From a virus, in IMG/VR virus record IMGVR_UViG_3300016474_000800, positions 21,141 through 85,140 of that record: a stretch of DNA of 64,000 bases. One strand, given 5' to 3'. This document shows positions 30,639-40,900 of this stretch, piece by piece. Under the pieces are notes generated by a model. That model made no database searches and was not told the DNA's origin. It saw nothing but the letters and a program-made list of their open reading frames with translations. The translations under genes were made by a program, and so were the position numbers. How positions within the stretch are numbered: the first letter of the stretch is position 1; each line of letters starts with the position of its first letter.

Positions 30639-30992
30639 ATGCCAGATATTACTGATTTTCAAATAGGTCGAGGGGAAACGTTTAAAATACTTGCCCACAT
30701 TTATACAGAAGCTAGTAGTAGTATTCCGTTGAATATTACCAGTTGTTCTTTTGCAGGTCAATTACGAGAAAATTATACAACAGATGAAGTTGCGGCAGAA
30801 TTTACTATAACAAAACTTATTCCGTACTCTTCGGGCAGTGTATTTATTTACCTGTACCCAGATCAAACCTCACAATTATACCAACGATCATATGTGTATG
30901 ATGTGGTTATGACTGACGAATCTAAAAGTCCCCCAACAGTGAGAAGATTGTTAGAAGGTGGTTTTACAGTAAGACCATCTGTAACACGCTAA
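30639..30992 (+). CDS. Small beta-sandwich-type virion protein
   Basis: IGRGETF...GQLRENY...YVYDVVM...RRLLEGGFTVRPSVTR pattern seen in phage tail/baseplate accessory proteins. Confidence 0.65.
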   Translation: MPDITDFQIGRGETFKILAHIYTEASSSIPLNITSCSFAGQLRENYTTDEVAAEFTITKLIPYSSGSVFIYLYPDQTSQLYQRSYVYDVVMTDESKSPPTVRRLLEGGFTVRPSVTR

Positions 30993-30999
30993 TACATAC

Positions 31000-33900
31000 A
31001 TGTCTACTACTGAATTAGATATTCCAAATTTACGGGTAGTTGTTAGAGATCCCGCACTTATCGTGGATAGAAGTAGATTGCCAATTCAGTCGGTATCTGA
31101 ATTTTCATTAACTGCGTCCTATGCACAATATGCAAAAACAATTGATACTGAAATTTTAGGATTAGTTGGAAACTTAAGTGCATCTGGTGATGTTACCGCT
31201 TCTACTTTATATGTTGCAACAACACTAGACGTAGATGGGTCTGTAACAATTTCACAATCACTAGAAGCTACTTCAATTACCGCTTCAAATTTTTCTGGAT
31301 CATTTCAAGGCGATGGTTCTCAATTAACGGAAATTACTGCTACGTATTTGGACATAGATACATTTGGGGCCGACTTAACCAGTCAAGTGTTGTCAGGAAA
31401 CACACAATTAATTGCATCTGACGGCGGAACTGATGGGAGAATTGTAGTATCTCAACTAGCAACTCCATTAGTTGGGTATGGATTAGAAGTAGATAATGGA
31501 ACTATTAGAATTGCTCAATCGGGAATAGGTGATGGGTTAACCGGTGGGTCTGGAACTCAATTTTCGTTGGATGGTACTTCGCAGTATTTCATAGATTCTG
31601 CCAGAAATGCTATAACAGTTACCAACACAACCGGTCCAGATGGTATCACGTTTATCTATACCGGCGGTGACATAAGCGCCACCTTATATACTAGCAGTAT
31701 TTCCATCAATGGAACGGAAGTTTCATTGGGAAATAGTATAGTGATAACGGCGAACACCCCCCAGTCGCTAAGTTTTTCAGATGGTCTAACCGGTAGTGTA
31801 TTTGATGGATCAACGTCATCAATCGTTACACTTAACACCGCGTCCGCGCATTTCTTAACCGGTATCAAACAAAAATTAAACACTGATGCTGTAGTTAGTA
31901 GTTCTGCCCAAGTAAATTATACACAATTACAAAACATCCCACTAAACATTATTTCAAGTTCTACGCAGTTTAATAATGTATTAGATCCATTCTCTGGATC
32001 GTTTACGGGTACGTTTTACGGCGATGGTACGTTTGTAACGAATGTTAGCGCATCCTCTGTTAATTTCGTCAATATTACTAATAAACCATCGCTTGTTTCA
32101 TCTTCAATACAAGTTGATCATAATACAACGACAAATTATACGGCATCTGAGCATATAAATCACGGTAATGTATCAATCGTCGCGGGGTTGGGATTAAATG
32201 GTGGTGGTAACATTACAACTACCAGAACACTAAATTTAGATACATCTTCTATTCACTTTTTGACGGGAATAAAAGAAAAACTAAATACGGACGGTGTGGT
32301 ATCATCATCTTCGCAAGTAACGTATTTACAATTAAACGCAATTCCATCCGGTATCGTAAGTAGTTCCGCCCAAGCAATTGACTGGAATGTTGCGTCATCA
32401 TCAGTTGCAATTTCTGCAAGTTACGCCGTAAGCGCATCGTATGCCCCTACAATATTACCATCCGGTACTGTTTCGTCGTCACAACAAATTAATGTGTTGG
32501 ATACAACTCATATTCAAACATTAGCAACAACTGGATCTAACACCTTTGTGGGAACGCAAATTGTGTCTGGGTCTATGTATATTTTAAATAATTTGATTGT
32601 ACAAGGATCATCTTCTTTAGAATTCATCACAGCATCTGCGGTAACATTAGGTACAAACATTATTTATTTAAACGCAGATACCCCTGCAATTCGATATGGT
32701 GGTATATCGGTTTTTGACAGTGGATCAACGCAACAAACCGCGTCAATCTTATGGGATTCGTTGTCTGACAACTGGATTTTTACTCATCAAGAAATAGGTA
32801 ATCCGTTAGATAGTAGTATATTTTTGTTTGGCCCGCTTAGTCAAAATGGATTGGGATCGGAACAAGATTTACCGGCAAACTACATAGTACGAGTAGAAGA
32901 CAATGGCCCAAACCACGGACATCATTTAACAACATCAAGTATATATGATAACGGGTTAACGGTTTCAATTAGAAATAACACGGAAATCTCAGGATCGTTG
33001 CTTGTTTTGGGTACGATTAGCGGAAGTCTAATACTTCCTCAAAATATCGTATCATCTTCCACTCAAGTAATTAATTTCTTACCGATAGGTGTTGTCTCAA
33101 GCTCCACGCAAGCGGTTGATTGGACCGTTGCGTCGGCATCTGTAGCAGTTTCTGCAAGTCATGCCCCGACCATCTTACCCAATGGAATAGTTTCCAGTTC
33201 AACTCAAATTGATCATGATAGTACCACAAATTTTGTATCAACTGAACATATTGACCATAGTTCCATATCTATAATAGCCGGGGACGGGTTGAGTGGGGGA
33301 GGGTTTATTACCGCATCCACCACGGTCATGTTGAATACGGCGTCCGCGCACTTTACCTCCGGAATTAAACAAAAACTAAACACAGACGGAGTGATTAGTT
33401 CGTCCGCACAGGTGGTGTACACACAACTACAAAGTATTCCGTCCGGTATTATATCATCTTCTGCTCAATTTAGGTCATTAACTTCTCCATTTACCGGGTC
33501 ATTTACAGGTTCTTTAACTGGAAGTGTGTATGGAACATCCTCATTTAGCGTAAGTTCTAGTTTTGCAGTAAGTGCAAGTTGGGCACCGGGGATGGGAGGT
33601 GGCACTGCAATTGCCGTTCAAGACGAAGGTACGTTAATTTTAGCCACTCCGATATCATTTAATTTTACCGGAGCGGGCGTATCGGTGTCTGCAACTGGAA
33701 ACACCGCAAGTATCAGTATTCCCGGTGGGGCTGGCACCGAATTAACTGGATCGGTAACAGGTAGTTTTAATGGAAAAGCAACGGGGTCATTTACAGGTTC
33801 CTTCTCTGGGAATGGATACAATCTTACCAACCTTCCCGGCGGCACTGATGAAAAGGGACCGGCATTTACATATTCTAGTAGTGTACTGACTCAAATTACG

Positions 33901-34047
33901 TATGACAGTGGAAACTATAAACTATTTACCTATAGTGGAAGTTTACTCACGCAATCCATTTTCATTCAAGGACCAAAGACTATTACCAAAACGTTTTATT
34001 ATAACATTGATAATACGTTAGCATCAATTACACAGTTGGAGACTTAA
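31000..34047 (+). CDS. Long Ser/Thr/Gly-rich tail fibre shaft protein with internal repeats
   Basis: Three copies of (LNTASAHF)xxGIKxKLNTDxV(V/I)SSSxQVxYxQL (~31830, ~32240, ~33330); SASYA and GSFTGS repeats. Confidence 0.75.
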   Translation: MSTTELDIPNLRVVVRDPALIVDRSRLPIQSVSEFSLTASYAQYAKTIDTEILGLVGNLSASGDVTASTLYVATTLDVDGSVTISQSLEATSITASNFSGSFQGDGSQLTEITATYLDIDTFGADLTSQVLSGNTQLIASDGGTDGRIVVSQLATPLVGYGLEVDNGTIRIAQSGIGDGLTGGSGTQFSLDGTSQYFIDSARNAITVTNTTGPDGITFIYTGGDISATLYTSSISINGTEVSLGNSIVITANTPQSLSFSDGLTGSVFDGSTSSIVTLNTASAHFLTGIKQKLNTDAVVSSSAQVNYTQLQNIPLNIISSSTQFNNVLDPFSGSFTGTFYGDGTFVTNVSASSVNFVNITNKPSLVSSSIQVDHNTTTNYTASEHINHGNVSIVAGLGLNGGGNITTTRTLNLDTSSIHFLTGIKEKLNTDGVVSSSSQVTYLQLNAIPSGIVSSSAQAIDWNVASSSVAISASYAVSASYAPTILPSGTVSSSQQINVLDTTHIQTLATTGSNTFVGTQIVSGSMYILNNLIVQGSSSLEFITASAVTLGTNIIYLNADTPAIRYGGISVFDSGSTQQTASILWDSLSDNWIFTHQEIGNPLDSSIFLFGPLSQNGLGSEQDLPANYIVRVEDNGPNHGHHLTTSSIYDNGLTVSIRNNTEISGSLLVLGTISGSLILPQNIVSSSTQVINFLPIGVVSSSTQAVDWTVASASVAVSASHAPTILPNGIVSSSTQIDHDSTTNFVSTEHIDHSSISIIAGDGLSGGGFITASTTVMLNTASAHFTSGIKQKLNTDGVISSSAQVVYTQLQSIPSGIISSSAQFRSLTSPFTGSFTGSLTGSVYGTSSFSVSSSFAVSASWAPGMGGGTAIAVQDEGTLILATPISFNFTGAGVSVSATGNTASISIPGGAGTELTGSVTGSFNGKATGSFTGSFSGNGYNLTNLPGGTDEKGPAFTYSSSVLTQITYDSGNYKLFTYSGSLLTQSIFIQGPKTITKTFYYNIDNTLASITQLET

Positions 34048-34050
34048 CAT

Positions 34051-37000
34051 ATGGCAGCACAGACAGTTACCGGTAGCGTTAATTACGATGATATTTCAAT
34101 GTCAGGATTGCTCAATGGCGAGACAATCACAATCAACGGCGGCTCGGTCACGATTGACGCTGACGTTCGCTGGAACCAGCAGGCTGCGGTTCTTGGGAAC
34201 GTCACCCTGTCCTCCACGCTGGGCGGGTCGTTCTTGATCGACGGCACCAAGGTGTGGGAAGTGCCGTTCTCGGCGTCCAGCGGCAACGTCCCGGCACAGG
34301 CGGCGGTCGGTTCCAACGGTGTCACCGGCGGCACCTCGGGGGCGACCGGTGAACTGCTCCGGGTGTGGGCGACCGGGTCGCTGGAACCCGTCGCAGCAGG
34401 CGGGGCGATGCCTGCCACCGGCTGGATCAAGCTGCGCTCCAAGACCGGCACGTTCCAGACCGGCGAGACGATCACGCTGCCCGGCGGGGCGACGATCACC
34501 GCCTCTGGGGCGGGCAAGCGCTCATGGGTCCACGTTGTCGGCGCCGCCGGGAGCGCGATCAACGCAACCCGACTCTCCACCGTCGCAGCCAATGGCGACT
34601 GGTATGAGCTTGGCGTGACGAGCGGGGCCACCAATCAAACCTTGCAGTACCCCGTCGCAGATGGATGCCCAGCGATCTGGGTCGAAACCGGTGTGGGCAC
34701 CGGCGTCTACGAGATTTGGTTGAACGGCGGCACCGGCACTTCCGCTCTTTGGTCCACCACCGACAGTCGCGGCAAGTTCTTCATCTGCACCCCCGGCACG
34801 GGCGTCATCACGCTGGCCGCGCGCACACCGACAGCGAGCGCCAACAACGGGCTCTTGCCTGTGGCGGGGCTGCGGGTGCGGATTCCGAACATCCTCATGT
34901 CGTCCGCTACGTCGGCCAACTGGGCGCTCAACTACGGATCAACGGCCGCTCAGGATTCGTTGTACTCGTTTACTTCTGGGATGTCGGGCACCGTCACCCT
35001 CGGCTACGTCTCGTCCAACTGGTACGTCCGCGCCGAGAACTGCGGCGGCATCAACGTCACCAACTCCGGGCTTGCATGCGGTGTCGTGATCACGAACACC
35101 AAGACGGCTGCTGTTCTCAGCAACGTCGGGATCGGCATCTACACGACTGCTCAGGTGCATGGCCTGAGCCTCACCGGGCAGTTCGCGGGCGCGACGTTCA
35201 CGGACGTGGCGGCGACACGTTTCACGTCTGTCCCAAACAGCACATGCATCTCTGTCGTGAACGGCCAGAACATCACGTTCACCCGCATGAAAATCCTCGC
35301 CAACTGTCCGTTCCCGCTCCAGATCAGCGGAACGGACACGCTGACGATCACCGACTTCGCAGGCGTCCGCTCGTCCAGTGGCCTCAGCCTGAACGGCGTG
35401 AGCAACGTCACGGTCACCAACCCGCGAGTGTCACATCAGCTTTCTGGCGTGTCAGTTGGAACGTCGTTCGGCGCGTCAATCGACTTCACCAATTCCAAAG
35501 ACATCTACATTGAAGGCTTCGGAGGGATGTTCGCCGCAGACGTTGTGGGCACTGTCTCCGTGAACGGGCTCTATGGGTTCACGGGATGCACCGGCGTCGA
35601 GATCCGTAACGTCGGAACCGTTTCATCGCCTATCAACATGCTCTTCGGGGGCACAATTCCAACGCGTAACGTGGCGGTGCTGACTCGGTGCGCTGATGTG
35701 GTGATGCGTCGGGTCTATGTGACCGGAAGCACAGGAAACCCTGCTATCTCGGCTGGCAGCGATTCACGCAACATCGAACTGATTGATGTCTGGGGTGAGA
35801 CTGGAGCAGATGCCGCCCTCGCCGCTGCAAACATGAAGGCTCGCGGACTTGCGGTATCAAGCGGCAATAGCCTCACCATCAGTGCCGCATCTGGAACGCA
35901 CTGGGCCGATGGTTTTACCTCGACCAGTGTCGGCCGGATCATCGTCGCGATGAACGAGCCGACCACGGAATCGGCGACTCAGCTTGCGGCCACGCTGAAC
36001 GCTGCCGCCGGGTCAGGGTTCACTGGTTCTGGTGCTGTGCTGATGAAGCACGCAACGGACGAAGTGATCTGCACGATGCCGAACTACTGCTTGGGCATTA
36101 CCGGCTTCGCCAACACGGCACCCACAGTCACGGCGACGAATGCCGCGAACCACACGTTGCAATTCCAGTACGACATCGGCTCCGGTTGGAATGGGACATG
36201 GCTGGCGTTGACCGGGGCGAACCTGTCAGCCGTTTCGGTCAACCCGGCGACTGGCGTGAAGCTGAAGTTCCGGGTCACGGTGGCGACTGCCGCATCGACG
36301 AACTCGTTGTCGTTGATAACGGTGGCGACCGTGACCAATGCTGCGACCAGACAGACGCAGCATCCGTTGCCGACCACGCTGAACGTCGCACAGATCAGCA
36401 ACGTGGTGTCCGGCTCGCGTGTGCAGGTCTACAACGTGACCACGGCCACGGAGGTCGCCAACGAAATCGTCGCCGGGACAACGTGGTCCTTGGAATACAA
36501 CGAGGGGACCAACTTCACCCAAGGCGACGTCATCCGCGTGCGGATCACCAAGCAGTCTGGTGCGACGGCGTATCTGCCGTTCCTGTCGTTGGCGCTGGCC
36601 GGAAGTACGGGATGGACGGTTCTTGCGTCTCAAGAAGCCGACACCGTGTACAACGCCATCGGCGTAGACGGCTCCACGGTTACCGAGTTCGCGCCCGACT
36701 ACCCGAATGTGCAGGTGGATATTTCGGATGCCAACGGGCAGACCAGCGTGGACCGGCTCTACTCGTGGTTCGTCCACACGACCACCACGGAGAGCGGCAT
36801 CCGCAACTGGTTCGGTGGCATCGTCGCCGAGGACGCGGCGAACTTCCGCGTGGTAACGAGTATTTTAAATCTTAAATTGGATAACGTATCATCAACTGGC
36901 GTGGAGTTTACCGGTGGACATAGATTATACCGAGATGATGGGACAACTCCTTTAGTTTCCTCTACCACTGGTGGTGGTTCTATTACCTTATATGCGGATA

Positions 37001-37134
37001 AAGTATATGTTGCAGAAACAGGGACATCTGGATTAACACCAGAAGAATCCGCAAGACTTAACGCCACTGCATTAGAAACAACTGCACAATCTACATTAAA
37101 CGCCGCACGACTAGCCGCAGCATTGTCTGCATGA
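34051..37134 (+). CDS. Putative receptor-binding fibre/spike protein with beta-helix-like centre; body encoded by high-GC DNA
   Basis: 1027 aa in the fibre operon; alternating hydrophobic T/N/S/V beta-repeats at ~35000-35900; sampled GC ~70% versus ~35-45% in flanking DNA. Confidence 0.7.
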   Translation: MAAQTVTGSVNYDDISMSGLLNGETITINGGSVTIDADVRWNQQAAVLGNVTLSSTLGGSFLIDGTKVWEVPFSASSGNVPAQAAVGSNGVTGGTSGATGELLRVWATGSLEPVAAGGAMPATGWIKLRSKTGTFQTGETITLPGGATITASGAGKRSWVHVVGAAGSAINATRLSTVAANGDWYELGVTSGATNQTLQYPVADGCPAIWVETGVGTGVYEIWLNGGTGTSALWSTTDSRGKFFICTPGTGVITLAARTPTASANNGLLPVAGLRVRIPNILMSSATSANWALNYGSTAAQDSLYSFTSGMSGTVTLGYVSSNWYVRAENCGGINVTNSGLACGVVITNTKTAAVLSNVGIGIYTTAQVHGLSLTGQFAGATFTDVAATRFTSVPNSTCISVVNGQNITFTRMKILANCPFPLQISGTDTLTITDFAGVRSSSGLSLNGVSNVTVTNPRVSHQLSGVSVGTSFGASIDFTNSKDIYIEGFGGMFAADVVGTVSVNGLYGFTGCTGVEIRNVGTVSSPINMLFGGTIPTRNVAVLTRCADVVMRRVYVTGSTGNPAISAGSDSRNIELIDVWGETGADAALAAANMKARGLAVSSGNSLTISAASGTHWADGFTSTSVGRIIVAMNEPTTESATQLAATLNAAAGSGFTGSGAVLMKHATDEVICTMPNYCLGITGFANTAPTVTATNAANHTLQFQYDIGSGWNGTWLALTGANLSAVSVNPATGVKLKFRVTVATAASTNSLSLITVATVTNAATRQTQHPLPTTLNVAQISNVVSGSRVQVYNVTTATEVANEIVAGTTWSLEYNEGTNFTQGDVIRVRITKQSGATAYLPFLSLALAGSTGWTVLASQEADTVYNAIGVDGSTVTEFAPDYPNVQVDISDANGQTSVDRLYSWFVHTTTTESGIRNWFGGIVAEDAANFRVVTSILNLKLDNVSSTGVEFTGGHRLYRDDGTTPLVSSTTGGGSITLYADKVYVAETGTSGLTPEESARLNATALETTAQSTLNAARLAAALSA

Positions 37135-37145
37135 GGAAATAATAC

Positions 37146-37976
37146 ATGCAAGATAATCCAAACTTTAATGTAAACGACGAATCAACGGCGTTTATGGGGT
37201 TTTGCGGAGATCCGTTTGACACCACGTGTCAGACCAGAGTAATTGTTAGATTACCTGCCACAATTATTAATCAAAGTGAAATACCAATATATGATGTTGT
37301 GGAAACTGCAATAACAGCAAGTTATGCACTTACTGCTTCATATGTCAGTGGAGCCGCGAGTTCTTGGGATACGATTAGTGGAAAACCCTCTGGTTTAATT
37401 TCAAGTTCTGCTCAAGCTACTTTATGGACAGTTGCAACATCGTCCATCGCAGAAAACGCAAACACACTGGATGGGTTCGATTCCAGTATGTTTGCGGTTA
37501 CGGCGTCTAATATATTTACAGGACAACAAACAATTGCCACTTCTCCTTCTTCTGAAAGCGCACTTATCGTTAGTGGAACTGTTTCGTTGCAACAAGCGTT
37601 GGAAAAACATAGTATAAGTGCATCCGCACCATTATCAGTTACACATGCAGATGTGTTGTCGCAGGCGTTAACATATTACACTTCAGATACTAACACAAAC
37701 TGGACGTTGAATTTTAGAGGTAATGATCAAATTTTATTAAATAATTGTATGTATATTGGGCAAAGTATTACTGTGGTAACACTAGTAACCAATGGGATAA
37801 CCCCACATTATGCGACAACCCATAGTGTAGACGGTAATATAGTAGTACCAAAATGGCAAGGCGGATACCCACCGACCGAGGGTATACCAAATAGTATAGA
37901 AGCATATTCATACAGTCTAATAAAAATTGCAGATTCGACGTTTACCATATTAGCATCAAAAAATCAATTTTCGTAA
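37146..37976 (+). CDS. Tail fibre distal protein
   Basis: TASYA repeats; C-terminal LTYYTS...WTLNFRG...PKWQGG.PP...YSYSLIK...TILAS fibre-end domain of the kind that typically precedes Gly-rich adhesin genes. Confidence 0.7.
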   Translation: MQDNPNFNVNDESTAFMGFCGDPFDTTCQTRVIVRLPATIINQSEIPIYDVVETAITASYALTASYVSGAASSWDTISGKPSGLISSSAQATLWTVATSSIAENANTLDGFDSSMFAVTASNIFTGQQTIATSPSSESALIVSGTVSLQQALEKHSISASAPLSVTHADVLSQALTYYTSDTNTNWTLNFRGNDQILLNNCMYIGQSITVVTLVTNGITPHYATTHSVDGNIVVPKWQGGYPPTEGIPNSIEAYSYSLIKIADSTFTILASKNQFS

Positions 37977-37979
37977 AAT

Positions 37980-40900
37980 ATGTCTCCAATAATTGGTAAC
38001 TTTGGAGTAGCAAATGTAAGAGTGTTTGGATTGTTGGGTGCAGTAACACCAACGCCTACACCAACAGTAACTCCGTCCGTTACACCTAGTGTTACACCAA
38101 CAATCACTCCAAGTTCTACCGTAACACCATCGGTTACGGTAACACCTACGCGTACTCTTACGCCGACCATTACCGTCACGCCCACCGTCACGCCGACACA
38201 CACGGTAACACCTACGAATACGGTTACTCCAACTGTAACCGTTACACCGTCGATAACACCATCGACTACGGTAACTCCATCAGTCACGATTACCCCCTCG
38301 TTTATTCCAACAACAACAATAACTCCCTCTTTGACGGTAACACCAAGTGTAACTGTTACACCAAGTATAACACCAACGTCTACTGTTACACCAACGGTAA
38401 CACCAAGTGTAACTCTTACTCCAAGCATAACGGTAACCCCTACTATAACACCATCTGTCACCGTTACTCCCACCACAACAGTAACACCTAGTGTAACAGT
38501 TACTCCGAGTATAACACCAACGGTTACCGTTACCCCATCGTTTACGGTAACACCATCTGTCACCGTTACTCCCACCACAACAGTAACACCTAGTGTAACA
38601 GTCACACCATCTATTACCGTAACACCAAGTAGTACAACTACACCCACGGTGACTGTTACTCCGTCAATTACCCCAACATTAACAATAACTCCTTCTTTGA
38701 CGGTAACACCAAGTGTAACCGTTACACCAAGTATTACGCCTACACTAACCGTTACACCGTCAGAAACGGTAACTCCGTCGGTTACTCCTTCGGTAACAAT
38801 TACGCCTACAAATACCGTAACACCTAGTATAACGGTTACTCCTTCAGTCACACCAACGGTTACTATTACTCCAAGTATAACGGTTACTCCGTCGGTCACT
38901 CCAACTACAACGGTGACCCCGACATTGACAGTGACACCTAGTGTAACAGTTACACCAACTATTACTCCGACGGCAACCATTACCCCATCAACAACGGTTA
39001 CTCCGTCTACAACCGTCACACCTTCTGTTACCACCACTCCGAGTATTACCCCAACCTCTACCGTAACACCGTCAAGTACGGTAACTCCGTCGGTTACTAT
39101 TACGTCAACCACTACCCCGAGTGTTACTGTCACACCAACATCCACTATCACACCAAGTGTTACAGTAACGCCAACAATTACTCCAACTTTAACTATTACA
39201 CCAACTAGTACTATTACCCCCACGGTAACAACAACCCCGTCTCTTACCGTTGCGGCAAGTGTTACACCAACGCCAACCATCACACCTTCTGCTACTGTTA
39301 CGCCGACAATTACTCCAACCGGTACCATTACGCCAAGTGTAACCGTCACTCCAACAATTACGGTATCGCCTAGTATTACACCAACAAATACAATTACGCC
39401 GTCTATTACAGTAACACCGACAATTACCCCAACTACGACGATTACCCCAACTGTTACTATAACACCAAGTGTAACTATAACACCATCAATTACACCAACC
39501 GTTACTATTACTCCAAGCGTAACGGTCACACCTACCTCTACAATTACACCAACGTCTACCATTACTCCATCTGTAACGGTGACGCCTAGTGTTACTCCAA
39601 CGTCAACAATTACCCCTTCTGTAACGACGACCCCAACCGTTACGGTTACGCCAAGTATTACGGTAACACCAACTATTACACCAAGTGTAACGGTAACCCC
39701 CAGCGTCACCGCAACGGTTACAATAACACCTAGTGTAACTATTACCCCGTCACTTACTCCGTCAACAACGATTACTCCTTCTGTGACGGTAACACCATCG
39801 GTAACCGTTACTCCATCTATTACACCAAGTGTTACGGTTACACCAAGTATTACCCCCACGAGAACGGTAACACCATCGGTCACAATTACGCCTTCTGTTA
39901 CAGTTACCCTGTCAATAACACCAACAAGTACTGTTACACCTTCGTCTACTATTACACCAACCGTTACAGTGACGCCTAGTGTAACGGTGACCCCTTCTAT
40001 TACTCCAACACGTACTGTTACTCCATCGGTCACAGTTACTCCGTCAATTACTGTTACACCGAGTATTACTACTACTCCATCCATCACCCCAACAGTAACG
40101 GTAACTCCAAGTATCACCCCAACGGTAACCATAACGCCGTCTACCACCGTAACACCAACTATTACACCAACGGTTACAGTTACCCCAACGGTAACCATAA
40201 CCCCGTCGTTCACCGTTACCCCATCAGTAACACCGACCCGTACTGTTACTCCGTCCGTGACAGTAACACCAAGTATTACCCCAACAAGTACTATCACGCC
40301 AACAACAACAATCACACCGTCGGTTACTGTTACCCCTTCAATTACGGCAACGCCTAGTATCACACCATCAGTAACAGTAACACCAAGTATTACGCCGACA
40401 ACAACCGTCACCCCGTCCACTACGGTTACTCCGTCGATTACTCCATCGACCACGGTAACACCGTCGTCTACTATTACTCCATCCGTAACAGTTACCCCGT
40501 CGATTACTCCAACTCGTACGGTTACTCCATCCGTTACTATCACCCCATCAATAACTCCTTCGGTAACGGTAACCCCTTCTTTGACGGTCACTCCGTCTAC
40601 GACGGTCACGCCAACTATTACACCAACACGAACGGTAACTCCGTCAGTTACAGTAACGCCGAGTATTACCCCAACCAGTACAATTACTCCTTCTGTGACG
40701 GTCACACCATCGGTAACCGTTACACCAAGTATTACCCCAACACGTACCATTACTCCGTCGGTTACTGTTACCCCGACCATCACACCAACCTCAACAGTAA
40801 CTCCATCAACAACTATTACACCAACACGCACGATTACTCCAAGTATTACCGCAACACCAAGTATTACACCATCGGTAACTGTTACTCCATCTATTACACC

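Noticed and set aside
34083-37151. Many overlapping alternative-frame ORFs in the high-GC block
   Set aside because: Stop codons are rare at high GC; the translations are Arg/Pro-rich with no recognisable motifs.
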